64,000 bases of DNA from an uncultured delta proteobacterium (GCA_963840855.1 CAWJBB010000034.1:32001-96000), one strand, 5' to 3'; positions 10,199-20,398 are shown, counted from the stretch's first letter. The notes: a model not told the origin generated them from the sequence alone. Numbers and translations: made by a program.

Positions 10199-10699
10199 CT
10201 AGGCGCCGGCCAGTTTGTCCAGCGCCTCGCCGGTCACGCGAAACACCGTCCATTCGCTCATCGGGACCGCGCCAAGTTTTTTGTAAAAGCCAATAGCGGG
10301 CTCGTTCCAATCGAGCACCGACCATTCGAGCCGCCCGCAGCGCCTCTCCTTAGCGAGGCGCGCGACGTAGAGTAGCAGCGCGCGGCCAAAGCCGCGGCCG
10401 CGATCACTTTCCTCGACAAACAAATCCTCGATGTAAATCCCGGGACGTCCGAGAAAGGTCGAGTAATTGTGAAAGAACAAAACAAAACCCACCGGCCTGT
10501 CTTCGAAATAACCGATGGCCACCTCCGCCGTCCGCCTGGCACCGAACAGGGTATCCTTTAACAGCTCTTCGCTCGCGACCACTTCGTGGGACAGTTTTTC
10601 GTATGCGGCGAGCTTCTTGATGAATGCGAGAATGATGGGCAGATCGGCCTCAGACGCCGCGCTGATTCTAAAACCGGGGTTATTTTGCGGCGATGACAT
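10199..10699 (-). CDS. GNAT N-acetyltransferase (spermidine/spermine acetyltransferase-like)
   Basis: FFHNYSTFLGRPGIYIEDLFV, RGRGFG, LEWSVLDWNEPAIGFY. Confidence 0.9.
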   Translation of the reverse strand: MSSPQNNPGFRISAASEADLPIILAFIKKLAAYEKLSHEVVASEELLKDTLFGARRTAEVAIGYFEDRPVGFVLFFHNYSTFLGRPGIYIEDLFVEESDRGRGFGRALLLYVARLAKERRCGRLEWSVLDWNEPAIGFYKKLGAVPMSEWTVFRVTGEALDKLAGA

Positions 10700-10707
10700 T
10701 GCGGCGT

Positions 10708-12924
10708 CTATCCTTTCCGGTCCTTGAGCGCGCGCCAGACGCGCTCGGGCGTCAGCGGCAAATCTCTAATGCGCACGCCGGTGGCGCGATCGATGGCATT
10801 GCATACCGAGGGCGCGACGGAAAGAATTCCGCCTTCAGCCATGCCGCGCACACCGAACGGCCCGGGACCATCGCCGTTTTCAACCAGCACGGTGTGAAAC
10901 TCTTCCGGCACCTCCGAGAAAGTCGGAATCCGGTAGTCGATCAGATTGGGATTGAGCAGTTGGCCGTTGTCGTAAATCAGCTGTTCGAAAAAGGTATGGC
11001 CGATACCCTGCATCGCCGCCCCTTCCTCTTGCGCGATGCAGTGCTCAGGATGGATGGCCTTGCCAACGTCGGAGACGGAGATGAATTTTTTCAATTTCAC
11101 TTCACCCGTCTCCTGGTCGAGATCGACTTCGGCGGCGCCCATGGCAACTTCCCAAAAAACCGGCAACTGGTTGCCCGTGATCTCCGGTCCCGCCTCGCCG
11201 CGTCCGATCATTTCGCCGCCGGAACCTTTACCGAAGCGCCGCTCGAAAGCTTCCTTGAAGGTTAACCGCGATTCGCCGCAGACGAGCGCGCCATCGGCAA
11301 CCTCGATCCGGCCGGGTTTGACACCCATCGTCTGCGCGCCGATCTTAATGAGCTGCTGCTTTAAATCCCGCGCGGCTTTTTGCACCGCTGTACCCATCAA
11401 AGTGGTCGAGCGGCTCGATCCGGTCGAGCTATCGTAAGGTGTGACTTTCGTGTCCGCGCCGGCCACGCGGAACTGCTCCATCGGCAGGGTAAGCTCCTCG
11501 GCGGCGATTTGCGTGAGCGTCGTGCGCACGCCCTGACCCATTTCCGTGCTGCCCGCGGCAATATTGGCAATGCCGTCGGACTGCATGCGAATCATCGCAA
11601 CCGACACCGGCGTCGCGCCGGCATTGGTGATCGCGCATCCCATGCCCACCGCCACGGCCTTTTTCTTGATCGACGATTTCCAGTGGCTGGCGCGCATCAA
11701 GGTCTTGAGACTCGCTGCCAGGTTAGCATCGATACCCTTCAAGCCCGGCCGCAGCTCCTGCCCTTTCTTGAGCAAATTTTTTGCCCGCAACTCGGCCGGA
11801 TCCATGCCCAGCTTCGCCGCCAAGATCTCGATTTGCGACTCCCCCGCATAGATCACCTGCGGCGCGCCGATGGCGCGATAGGAACCCGCCGAACCGGTAT
11901 TGGTATAGACCTGATAAGCGCGGGTGCGGATATGGGGAATCCAGTAGGGACCGAGCACCCGCGTCGCGGCGCGCGCGGTTACCTGCGGCCCATTGTCGTC
12001 GTAACCGCCGGTGTCGAGATAAATTTCCGCCTCCCGGGCCATGATCGTGCCGTCGTTTTTGACTCCGGTCTTGATGCGCACCCGCGCGCCATGGCGCCGC
12101 ACCGTAACCATCGACTCGCCGACCGAATTGCAAATACGTACCGGCCGCTTCGCTTTGCGCGCCAGCGCAACTACCAGCGGCTCGAATTTAGTGTATGATT
12201 TACTGCCGTACCCGCCGCCCAGATAGTTGATAATCATGCGCACTTTCGCCGCCGGAACTTTGAAGACTTTGGAAATATCCCCGCGCACTTGGAAAGGATG
12301 CTGCGCCGACGACCAAACCGTGATTTCATCGTTAACGTCATAGTGCGCGATGGCCGAATGAGGCTCCATCGCGTAGTGGTAGACCATCGGAAAAGTGAAT
12401 GTATCTTCGGCAACCACATCGGATTCGGCAAACCCGTCATCGACGTTGCCGCGATCGACCTTTTCGTAGGTGCCGATGTTGCCGCTTTTTTCTTCATGAA
12501 GCCGCGGCGCGCCGTTCTTTATGGCCGCCTCCATGTCAGCCACCGCCGGCAGTTCTTCATAGTCAACACGAATCAACGACAATGCTTCTTCAGCAGTCGC
12601 CAAATCGTCCGCCGCCACCGCCGCCACGGGTTCGCCGATGTATCGCACCTTTTTCATGGCGATGACCGGACGGCCGTTGTAGATCGGATTGAGATCGGTG
12701 ATATCCGCTTCAGTCAGGACCGCGGCGACGCCAGGCAGCGCTTCAGCTTGAGCCGTGTCGATAGAACGAATGCGCGCGTGCGGATAGATGCTGCGCAGGA
12801 TTTTGCCATGGAGCATGCCGGGAACGGCGATGTCGCCGACGAATTTGGCTTTGCCGGTAACTTTCTCGACGCCGTCCACGCGTGGCACGTTACGGCCGAC
12901 ATATTTCAGTTGTCGTTTCGCCAT
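10708..12924 (-). CDS. Xanthine dehydrogenase family molybdopterin-binding large subunit
   Basis: KVTGKAKF, RSIYPHARI, LGGGYGSK, SYRAIG, TEMGQG, GPGPFGVRGMAE, GVRIRDLPLTPE. Confidence 0.93.
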   Translation of the reverse strand: MAKRQLKYVGRNVPRVDGVEKVTGKAKFVGDIAVPGMLHGKILRSIYPHARIRSIDTAQAEALPGVAAVLTEADITDLNPIYNGRPVIAMKKVRYIGEPVAAVAADDLATAEEALSLIRVDYEELPAVADMEAAIKNGAPRLHEEKSGNIGTYEKVDRGNVDDGFAESDVVAEDTFTFPMVYHYAMEPHSAIAHYDVNDEITVWSSAQHPFQVRGDISKVFKVPAAKVRMIINYLGGGYGSKSYTKFEPLVVALARKAKRPVRICNSVGESMVTVRRHGARVRIKTGVKNDGTIMAREAEIYLDTGGYDDNGPQVTARAATRVLGPYWIPHIRTRAYQVYTNTGSAGSYRAIGAPQVIYAGESQIEILAAKLGMDPAELRAKNLLKKGQELRPGLKGIDANLAASLKTLMRASHWKSSIKKKAVAVGMGCAITNAGATPVSVAMIRMQSDGIANIAAGSTEMGQGVRTTLTQIAAEELTLPMEQFRVAGADTKVTPYDSSTGSSRSTTLMGTAVQKAARDLKQQLIKIGAQTMGVKPGRIEVADGALVCGESRLTFKEAFERRFGKGSGGEMIGRGEAGPEITGNQLPVFWEVAMGAAEVDLDQETGEVKLKKFISVSDVGKAIHPEHCIAQEEGAAMQGIGHTFFEQLIYDNGQLLNPNLIDYRIPTFSEVPEEFHTVLVENGDGPGPFGVRGMAEGGILSVAPSVCNAIDRATGVRIRDLPLTPERVWRALKDRKG

Positions 12925-13039
12925 GATGACTCCGCGTTGCAGGATTCCTTCCGATACCTAACAAAGCCTCTCTGGCAGTGCAAGAAACCAATAGACTCGC
13001 GCAAAGGCGCAAAGAACGCCAAGTGATGGGCCGAGGCCC

Positions 13040-13097
13040 GTCATCCCGAGCGAATGCGAGGGATCTAAGAAAGATTTCTCCCTTCGGTCGAAATGAC
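13040..13097. repeat. GTCAT-type REP doublet
   Basis: gtcatcccgagcgaatgcgagggatct...agatttctcccttcggtcgaaatgac. Confidence 0.7.
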
Positions 13098-13186
13098 AGA
13101 GCGTTTTTCTTGCGCCTTATCCCCTCGACGCGAGCATCGAACTGTTTATTGATTGGTCTTCACGTCAAAGGTTCCTTCACCCTTTC

Positions 13187-13268
13187 AGACCGTGTCGCAA
13201 TCCGCGCAAACGCCTTGATGTCATGCTGAGCGAAGCGAAGCATCTCGCATTTTCAAGCTGTAACGAAG
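13187..13268. repeat. Truncated copy of AGAC(C/T)GTGT-ended element with a REP half
   Basis: agaccgtgtcgcaat...gtcatgctgagcgaagcgaagcatctcgcattttcaag matches 51011-51080. Confidence 0.7.
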
Positions 13269-13308
13269 CCGGTTGGGAACGCAATTCATTTCCGCTATAA
13301 CTGCGTCC

Positions 13309-14004
13309 ATGCGCTTCGAATCCCGCCTCATCCGCGGCACACTCGTTCAGCGTTACAAACGATTTCTCGCCGACGTGCGTTTAGCCAACGGCGAAATCGT
13401 CACCGCGCACTGCACGAACACGGGCAGCATGATGGGCTGCAGGGAGTCCGGCAGCGCGGTTTATCTCTCGCGCTGTGATAACCCGAATCGCAAGCTAGCC
13501 TATACCTGGGAGCTCATCCGCGTGAACAAGATCTGGGTAGGAATTAACACGATGCATCCTAATCGTCTGGTCGCCCACGCCATTGAAATGGGGCTCATTC
13601 AAGAGTTGCGCGGGTTCGATTCCATTCGCCGGGAAGTGGTGACGCGTCCAGGCACGCGGCTCGACCTCTGTCTCGAGGGCAAGAATGGCTCCTGCTTCGT
13701 CGAAGTGAAGAATGTCACCATGGCCGTCGACGGCGCTGCGGCGTTTCCCGACGCCGTCAGCGAGCGGGGCACCAGGCACTTGAAAGAACTCATGCGTCTC
13801 AAGCGTAGAGGCCACCGCGCCGCCGTTGTTTTCGTGATTCAGAGAGAAGACTGCGGGGCATTTCGCCCCGCCGATGAAATCGACCAAGAATACGGACGCT
13901 GGCTGCGCCGCGCTATCAAAGCCGGCGTCGAAGCCCTTCCCTATCGCGCTAAGGTCACGCCGCGAGAGATCGTTCTCACGGAGCGGCTCGAGACGAGATT
14001 GTGA
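13309..14004 (+). CDS. sfsA: DNA/RNA nuclease SfsA
   Basis: RYKRFLADV, AHCTNTGSM, RLD, FVEVKNVT, FPDAVSERGTRHLKEL. Confidence 0.95.
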   Translation: MRFESRLIRGTLVQRYKRFLADVRLANGEIVTAHCTNTGSMMGCRESGSAVYLSRCDNPNRKLAYTWELIRVNKIWVGINTMHPNRLVAHAIEMGLIQELRGFDSIRREVVTRPGTRLDLCLEGKNGSCFVEVKNVTMAVDGAAAFPDAVSERGTRHLKELMRLKRRGHRAAVVFVIQREDCGAFRPADEIDQEYGRWLRRAIKAGVEALPYRAKVTPREIVLTERLETRL

Positions 14005-14044
14005 ACGAAAATTATTCATTTGCGCAAACCAGGAGGAATTCACA

Positions 14045-14830
14045 ATGAAACTCACCGGGCAGGTGGCGATTATCGTCGGCGGCGCCCGCGGTATCGGCGC
14101 AGCGATCGCGCATACTTTTTCTCAGGAGGGCGCGAGTCTGGTCCTGGTAGACTTGGAAAAAATGAAGCGTGAGCTCGATGCGGTCGCTCAGGCAATTAGC
14201 CAGAAAGGCGGCAAAGCCGTCTCGCTCATCGCCGACTGCACAGACGATCAGCAAGTCAACGCGATGGTCAACGAAACTGTGCGGCGCTTTGGAAAAATCG
14301 ATGTTTTCGTCAACAGCGCCGGTTTTCGCGGGCCGCTGGTGCCGGTGCAAGACATCACGGAGAAACAGTGGGATGACGTGCACAATGTCAATCTCAAGCT
14401 GGCGTTTCTTTGCTGCAGGGCGGTGTTGAAAGTGATGATCAAACAGAAAAGCGGCAGCATCGTCAGCATCTCCGGCACCGCGGGCAAAGAAGGCATGGCT
14501 CTGCGCGGTTCGCTGTGCGCGGCAAAATGGGGTCTTTTAGGGTTGACTCAGACGATTGCTAAAGAAGCCGGGCCTTACGGCGTAAGAGCCAATGTCATCT
14601 GCCCGGGCGGGATGGACGAACCGGACTTGAGAGAAATGTACGCCGAAAGAGCCAAGGGGTTGGGAATGGAATTTTCCCAACTAGAAAAGCAAGTCTTGGA
14701 ACTCACGCCTTTGCGCAAGTACGCCCAGCACGACGAAGTCGCCAAGGCTGCGCTGTTTCTCGCCTCCAGCGACTCCTCGCACACAACGGGTGAATCGCTC
14801 AACGTTTCCGGCGGCCGACTAATGAATTAG
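14045..14830 (+). CDS. SDR family oxidoreductase
   Basis: GGARGIG, VNSAG, LCAAK in place of YxxxK, VRANVICPG; GGAGG RBS before ATG 14045. Confidence 0.9.
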   Translation: MKLTGQVAIIVGGARGIGAAIAHTFSQEGASLVLVDLEKMKRELDAVAQAISQKGGKAVSLIADCTDDQQVNAMVNETVRRFGKIDVFVNSAGFRGPLVPVQDITEKQWDDVHNVNLKLAFLCCRAVLKVMIKQKSGSIVSISGTAGKEGMALRGSLCAAKWGLLGLTQTIAKEAGPYGVRANVICPGGMDEPDLREMYAERAKGLGMEFSQLEKQVLELTPLRKYAQHDEVAKAALFLASSDSSHTTGESLNVSGGRLMN

Positions 14831-14842
14831 ATGGCTCGGGCT

Positions 14843-14955
14843 GTTTCTGGTTTCGAGTTCCGGGTTTCGGGTTAAACTCAAGACGCGCATTTATCGTGAT
14901 CGTGTCCGTGAAACGTGACCGTGAAATCCGAACGAGCACGAACCACGAACACGAA
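14843..14955. repeat. Short-period (7-mer and 6-mer) tandem/inverted repeat patch
   Basis: gtttctg/gtttcga/gttccgg/gtttcgg followed by (cgtgNN)n...(NNcacg)n. Confidence 0.55.
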
Positions 14956-15011
14956 TTTGAGCGAGACAATCGAGCGCAACGAAGCAGGTGAGGCATTTTT
15001 GGACAGCCTGG

Positions 15012-15785
15012 CTATTCCCACAAGCCGTCTGGCAAAGGCAAGCCGGCAAGATCTTCGGCGTTGAGCCGCCCGTCGGGTTCGATGGCGAAGCGCTCCAGCA
15101 CGGCGATCAACTGCCGCGTGTGCTGCGCCGAGTGCCAAGTGGACCGCTCCAATAGCTGATGCATGGGCGGCGTACCGTAGAAGGTCCTTACCGTCTGCGC
15201 GCAGGACTTATCATCGAGCCGCATCCACCAGGCCTCCAGCCGCTCTATGATACTCTCGCCGTATTCAGCGATCTGCGCTCCCGTGGTGCAGGCGCCCTCG
15301 GCGGGAGGGACGTTCGCGTTACTCACCCAGTATTCGATGTCGTCGATGGCCGTCTCGAGGAACGCTTCCCCAATGCGAAAAATATGATGGCCCATGAGCC
15401 TGATCGAGCGGTCGCGGTTGTCGATCACACGCTCGCCAAGCCGCTGGTCGGGAATTTGCCGGATGTAACGCTGCGCGGCGCACAATACGTTTTTCCACTT
15501 CACCAACAGCGTCGGCGGCGGCAACGGTGTGTGCCCGCTGCCTTGCAAGCCGACGAATTCCGCGACGTCATCGAGATTCTGGCAGAAGACAAACTGCTCG
15601 CCTTTGGCGAGCACTGGCACCGTCTGCACTCCGAGTTTTAGCAATCGATCTTGCCCGCCGGCGTCATTCAACACGTCGACGGGAATGAATTCGATGCCTT
15701 TCTGCGAAAGAAACTCTTTCGTTTTTAAGCAACTGCTTCAACCCGGCTGGGTGAACAACACAAATTGATTCGCGGCGTTTTCCAT
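15012..15785 (-). CDS. Selenocysteine-containing glutaredoxin-like (UxxC)-DinB fusion protein
   Basis: GGAGG RBS, ATG 15785, MENAANQFVLFTQPG-[TGA 15738-15740]-SSCLKTKEFLSQKGIEF continues in frame into the 220-aa ORF; TVPV cis-Pro motif; DinB-type His set GHH...WHSAQH. Confidence 0.85.
15705..15721 (-). promoter_or_regulatory. Putative bacterial SECIS hairpin
   Basis: mRNA CGAAAGA-GUU-UCUUUCG: 7-bp stem, loop starting with G, 23 nt downstream of the UGA. Confidence 0.65.
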
Positions 15786-15861
15786 AGCATCCTCCGTCGA
15801 GCGGATAATCGAATCCGATTTGATGATGGCTCTGTACGAGCCCCGTGCCTCCCCAATTTAC

Positions 15862-15887
15862 GGGCGACCACGTAGGGTCGCCCCTAC
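15862..15887. repeat. GTAG-type REP
   Basis: gggcgaccacgtagggtcgcccctac. Confidence 0.7.
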
Positions 15888-15913
15888 GAGTATCAACCAA
15901 TTCACCCGCTGGA

Positions 15914-16894
15914 TCAAGAAAGATAACCGCGCTCGCGCCAGAACCGTTCGGCGGCGGGATGCAGCGGAATATCGAGCGGTCCATCCGCGGTATCGCGGCA
16001 CATGCGGTCCAGAGGCAGAGGCCCTGGTTCTTGCCAGGCGATCACGTCCTTCCTCGTCTCCAGAGCAGCGCAGATTGACGTCACAATCGTATCCGCGACA
16101 TTCGCGTGGGTATAGACGGTGAAACCGCTGAAATCCAGCGACGGCACGTCGGCCGGTAGTTTAGGATAATTTGCTTGGGAAATTACCGCGCGGCGAAATC
16201 CGAGCCCTTCCAACCGCGTCAACATTGCTTCATCCAGCGGTAGGATGCGAATTCCGGACCCAGCGGCGTCATTGACCCAGGAGCGCACCGCTTCGTCGAT
16301 GATCATGTCCACTTCGCCGCGCTGCGCTGCCCCAAGCCGGTTCGGGTTATTGGGCAACCCGGGGTCGTAGCGCACCTGTCCGCCCCAGGACACGATATCG
16401 TCGAGGGACAAATCCGCCGCCGAAAGCACTTCCTTCACGACCACATGCAGTGAGTGATCCATTTGCCCGCGCATCGATACCCGCAGCGGGTAGCGCCGCG
16501 CGCGAACCTCATGCAACGATTGCAATCCGGTTTTTTCAGACACAGCAAATGCCAACTGGTCCGGCGATGGGATGACGGTGATCGCCCGAAGTGGAACGGC
16601 TGTCTTGAATGGCCCGGTGCCGCGAACTGCCAAGGGCAGCAGGCCTGCGGGGTTGATGATCGCCGCCTGGACTTCGCCGCGCGCTACCTCCTCGATCGCC
16701 GCGGGACCGTCGCTGCCGAAGAGACAAACGGACCACTTATCCGCCCCTTGCTCGCGCAGACTGATGCGCGCCTGGCGGTAAGGCCAACTACGTTGATCAA
16801 CCAACTCGGAAGCGACTTCTAAAACGAGTCGCGAGCGAATTGTGTCCCGCCCCACTGACCGACTTTTTGTGTCACTCGTTGATGTTTTCACCAC
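15914..16894 (-). CDS. TAXI-like solute-binding-fold protein without evident signal peptide
   Basis: PLRAITVIPSPDQLAFAV...GLQSL, YPKLPADV, IPLHPAAERFWRE resemble TAXI receptors; N-terminus is polar. Confidence 0.65.
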   Translation of the reverse strand: MVKTSTSDTKSRSVGRDTIRSRLVLEVASELVDQRSWPYRQARISLREQGADKWSVCLFGSDGPAAIEEVARGEVQAAIINPAGLLPLAVRGTGPFKTAVPLRAITVIPSPDQLAFAVSEKTGLQSLHEVRARRYPLRVSMRGQMDHSLHVVVKEVLSAADLSLDDIVSWGGQVRYDPGLPNNPNRLGAAQRGEVDMIIDEAVRSWVNDAAGSGIRILPLDEAMLTRLEGLGFRRAVISQANYPKLPADVPSLDFSGFTVYTHANVADTIVTSICAALETRKDVIAWQEPGPLPLDRMCRDTADGPLDIPLHPAAERFWRERGYLS

Positions 16895-16954
16895 TGGAGT
16901 CTCCTTAACCGCAACTCAGACCTGTAATGAGATTTATCTTCCAAAAATTTCTGA

Positions 16955-18049
16955 CTAAGAGAAGGTCAATATGCCCCTGCCAAGAATCCGCCCATGTTCC
17001 AGATCGTCGACGGCCACGTTAATCTGATCCAGCGCGTAGCGATTCGTCACCAGCTCATTCAAATTCAGCTTGCCGTCGCGGTACCAGCGAATAAAGAGTG
17101 GAAAGTCACGGTCAGGACGGCAGTCGCCACCGCTGGTGCGCGTAAAGGAGCGGCTGCCGGCGAACAAGCTCGTATCCAGAATTGCCTTCGCTCCCGGTGG
17201 CGTCAGGCCGATCAGCAATGCTGTACCGCCCCGGTTGAGGCCGGAGTGCCCCACTCTGACGGCGCGCAGGATTTGTTCCTGGGTTTGCGGCAAACCCACG
17301 GCATCGATGGCATAGTCAACGCCGCCGCCGGTTAGTTCTTGAATCGATTTGACCGCGTCCGCCTTCCGCCCGTTCACGGTGTGGGTAGCGCCGAAGCGCC
17401 GGGCGAAGGCAAGTTTCTCCTCGATGACATCCACGGCGATGACCGGGTGCGCATCGACGATGGCAGCCGCCGCGATGGCGCAAAGCCCGATGCCGCCGGC
17501 GCCGAAAACCGCCACCGACTGACCCGCTCTCACTTGCAGCGTGTTGATGATGGCGCCGGCTCCGGTCATGACAGCGCATCCGACGATGGCCGTAACATCG
17601 GTCGGCATATCCTTCGGCAGCGGTACTACAACGCGCTCCTGCGCCAGCGCGTATTCCGCCCAAGTCGCGGCCGAGTGCATGACCTCTTTGCCTTTCCACG
17701 CGGCGGTGTACTGCGCGCGGTCGTTCAGAGCATGAGCCACGAGCGGCTGCGTGGTCGTCGAACTGTCGCGATCGACCCAGGTCGTAATCACGTGGTCGCC
17801 TTCTTTGACATGCTTGACGTCGCGTCCTTTCGCCGCTACTACCCCGGTCGATTCATGACCCAAAAGCGCCGGTAGACGATGGCCGGGCCGGGGCGGCCGC
17901 CCCATGCTGTGCAGTTGCGAGTGACAAACGCCGCTGGAAAACAGTTTAACCAACACCTGATCGGCCCCGGGGTCAGGGAACTCGACTTCGTCCACGACCA
18001 GAGGTTTGTTGGGTTCTACGAAGATCGCCGCTCGGCCTTTAACACCCAT
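16955..18049 (-). CDS. Zinc-binding alcohol dehydrogenase (MDR family)
   Basis: GVCHSQ, LGHESTG, GCAVMTG, GAGGIG; lacks the 4-Cys structural Zn lobe. Confidence 0.9.
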   Translation of the reverse strand: MGVKGRAAIFVEPNKPLVVDEVEFPDPGADQVLVKLFSSGVCHSQLHSMGRPPRPGHRLPALLGHESTGVVAAKGRDVKHVKEGDHVITTWVDRDSSTTTQPLVAHALNDRAQYTAAWKGKEVMHSAATWAEYALAQERVVVPLPKDMPTDVTAIVGCAVMTGAGAIINTLQVRAGQSVAVFGAGGIGLCAIAAAAIVDAHPVIAVDVIEEKLAFARRFGATHTVNGRKADAVKSIQELTGGGVDYAIDAVGLPQTQEQILRAVRVGHSGLNRGGTALLIGLTPPGAKAILDTSLFAGSRSFTRTSGGDCRPDRDFPLFIRWYRDGKLNLNELVTNRYALDQINVAVDDLEHGRILGRGILTFS

Positions 18050-18118
18050 ATTTCATTCTCCCTCTTTCACCTCGGGGTCTTACACTCGCGACTCACTGCA
18101 GAGGTGCGCCATTTACGA

Positions 18119-18183
18119 CGTTCAAAACGTTCAAACCGATCGCGCGATTGTTCGACGACTTGAACGATTTGAACGGCTTGAAC
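18119..18183. repeat. 9-mer tandem palindrome family copy
   Basis: Same arms and spacer as 10088-10180. Confidence 0.8.
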
Positions 18184-18199
18184 CCAACCCTCACGACCG

Positions 18200-20398
18200 T
18201 CACTTCGCCAGCGGATCGGGCCGAAGCTGAAACTTGACAACTTTGGGCCGCGTCCCTTTTCCGCCCTCGATGTGATTAGTCGCTCGTCCGGCGTAGGCCG
18301 ACCATACTCCCTTGCCTTTCCAGCCGGCTTTTGGATCATCGATGCGTCCATCCATACCCTTGGCATGGAAACCCATGGGGTATGGGACGCGAAGGGTGAC
18401 GAACTTACCATCCACGAGCGCCTCCAGCGAATCGGTGAGATTACCCGTGGCAAATGGTACGTTACGGCCAAGACCGAAGGTATCATGCTGATCCACCCAG
18501 GTGTAATAGCTCGCCTGGGCGCTCCCCGAGTCGGTCACGTCTTGGAACTGAGGTCCGGGAAATGGGTGAAACGTCCATCCTTCCGGACAGTGCTTTCCCG
18601 TCGCAGTGGGGCCATTGAGAGGTCCGTTGCATTTGCGCCGGTCGAAACTCGCGAGATGGCCGCTCGCCAGAGGCACCCAAACGACACCGTTGCGATCGAT
18701 GTCCATGCCGCGGGGCCCGTACCCATTCACGGCTACTCTCGAATCGTCCCACGGTACCTCATAGAATTCCGTCAACGCCGTCGCCGGCGGATTGTCACCG
18801 AGATCGACCCGAATGACACCCCCGGGAAACCTCAACACCGACCCCCAGATGGAGCCGTCGTTGGGGTTCACGCCGATGCCATAGTAGCCGGCAATGATCC
18901 GCTTGTCCTTGCTCGGATCGACCGGTTGGTCGGGCTCGACATAGTCGTCCCGTTTGCCGTTGCCGTTGGTGTCGAGTACGAACGCCGTCCACCCCTGCGA
19001 CTTTTGCGCGTCTCCGGTCTCGTCGAACAACCTGGTATTCAGCCAGCCCAGGATACCGCTGGAAGCGCCACCGCTGCTAAGCCAAAGCGTATTGTTGGCA
19101 TCCTCGGCAAAAACCAGATGGTGCGTGCTGAAGCAAGTGTCGATGAGCGTGAATTTGTTGGTCTTGGGATCGTATAAGGCGAGATGACGGCCGGCTCTCT
19201 CCACCGGGAAGAGCTTTGCCGACGGATGGCCTGAACCCTTTTTGCAGAAGTCGGGATTTTGCGGCGGACGAATTCTCGCCGTGAGCCAAACGCGGCCCTT
19301 TTCGTCGAACATAGGATTGTGAACGCTCGTTTGACTCTTCCAGATGCGCTCCGTTCCCCAGAACGGCGACGGCGCGTACATGATGCTCCCCGATTGGGCA
19401 ATGAACATGGCGTCAGGCGTGTTCGAATCGCGCGCCGGCACCTTGACTTCCGTGGCCTTGTGACGCACCGGATCTAGGACTGGCATGAAATCCGTGCTGT
19501 CCTCGGGTGAACCATAAATCAAGCCGCTGGCGTTTACGGTGGGGTTGCGTTTATCGCTGGCAATCTCGTCGTGCAGATAAGCCTTGGGCGTCGCCCAATC
19601 CCAAAGCGTAACGACGACGTTTCGCTCCACGCCTTGCGGCCGTGACGGCTTTGCCTTGGGCAGCTCACCGGCGGCGATCCGCTCGGTCCAATCGGCGAAT
19701 AACTTCAAAGCGCGATCAGGCTCAAGATCATTGATATTGCGCAGCATGACTTCGCTCGCTTGTCCAGACAGGATGCGGCGCTGCCAGGCTTCTAAATGGT
19801 TCTCGAATTGGCCCAATTCTTTAGGAATCACCCGCGTGGCCTTGTTGCCCAATTGGTGACAAGAAATGCAGCCGAGGGTTTTGATGCCGGCCAACCATTG
19901 GCCCTGGCTTTTGAGTTTCTCCGGCATACCGTTCCCCTTGGGCCCTGTGCCGGGAAACTCGCTCCTGTCAGGAATCTTGAGCATCGAATACCAATGAATC
20001 GCCGGATAATATTGCGCCGCCGCTTGCTCGTTCGGCGCCACGATTGCTTTTAGATTGAGAATCTTGCCGGGCATCGACCGAACCTTCGGAGAATCAACAA
20101 GGCCGTAGCCGCGCACCCAGATGGCGTAGTTTGCTTTCGGCAGATCGGGGATCACGTAGCGCCCTTGATCGTCAGTCACCACGATCTTCGCGTACTTGGT
20201 GGGAAGAGAGCTGGTTTCTGCAATTACCCACACGCCGCCTTCCGGTCCGTTGGCGCTGGTAACTACACCGCCGATATCGTCGTTATCGATACGCGCCGCC
20301 GCGTTCTGTTGACCACTCGAGCGTAACGGCCACGCGGCCAAAAACCCTGCGATACCGACCGCCAACATGCCAAGGCACGACAGTCTTGCCGTCTTCAT
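18200..20398 (-). CDS. Secreted carboxypeptidase-regulatory-like domain / CxxCH / beta-propeller protein, paralog 1
   Basis: Signal peptide MKTARLSCLGML..., DDIGGVVTS..GPE.GVWVIAET, CISCHQ, DTNGNGKRD, ends FQLRPDPLAK. Confidence 0.85.
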   Translation of the reverse strand: MKTARLSCLGMLAVGIAGFLAAWPLRSSGQQNAAARIDNDDIGGVVTSANGPEGGVWVIAETSSLPTKYAKIVVTDDQGRYVIPDLPKANYAIWVRGYGLVDSPKVRSMPGKILNLKAIVAPNEQAAAQYYPAIHWYSMLKIPDRSEFPGTGPKGNGMPEKLKSQGQWLAGIKTLGCISCHQLGNKATRVIPKELGQFENHLEAWQRRILSGQASEVMLRNINDLEPDRALKLFADWTERIAAGELPKAKPSRPQGVERNVVVTLWDWATPKAYLHDEIASDKRNPTVNASGLIYGSPEDSTDFMPVLDPVRHKATEVKVPARDSNTPDAMFIAQSGSIMYAPSPFWGTERIWKSQTSVHNPMFDEKGRVWLTARIRPPQNPDFCKKGSGHPSAKLFPVERAGRHLALYDPKTNKFTLIDTCFSTHHLVFAEDANNTLWLSSGGASSGILGWLNTRLFDETGDAQKSQGWTAFVLDTNGNGKRDDYVEPDQPVDPSKDKRIIAGYYGIGVNPNDGSIWGSVLRFPGGVIRVDLGDNPPATALTEFYEVPWDDSRVAVNGYGPRGMDIDRNGVVWVPLASGHLASFDRRKCNGPLNGPTATGKHCPEGWTFHPFPGPQFQDVTDSGSAQASYYTWVDQHDTFGLGRNVPFATGNLTDSLEALVDGKFVTLRVPYPMGFHAKGMDGRIDDPKAGWKGKGVWSAYAGRATNHIEGGKGTRPKVVKFQLRPDPLAK

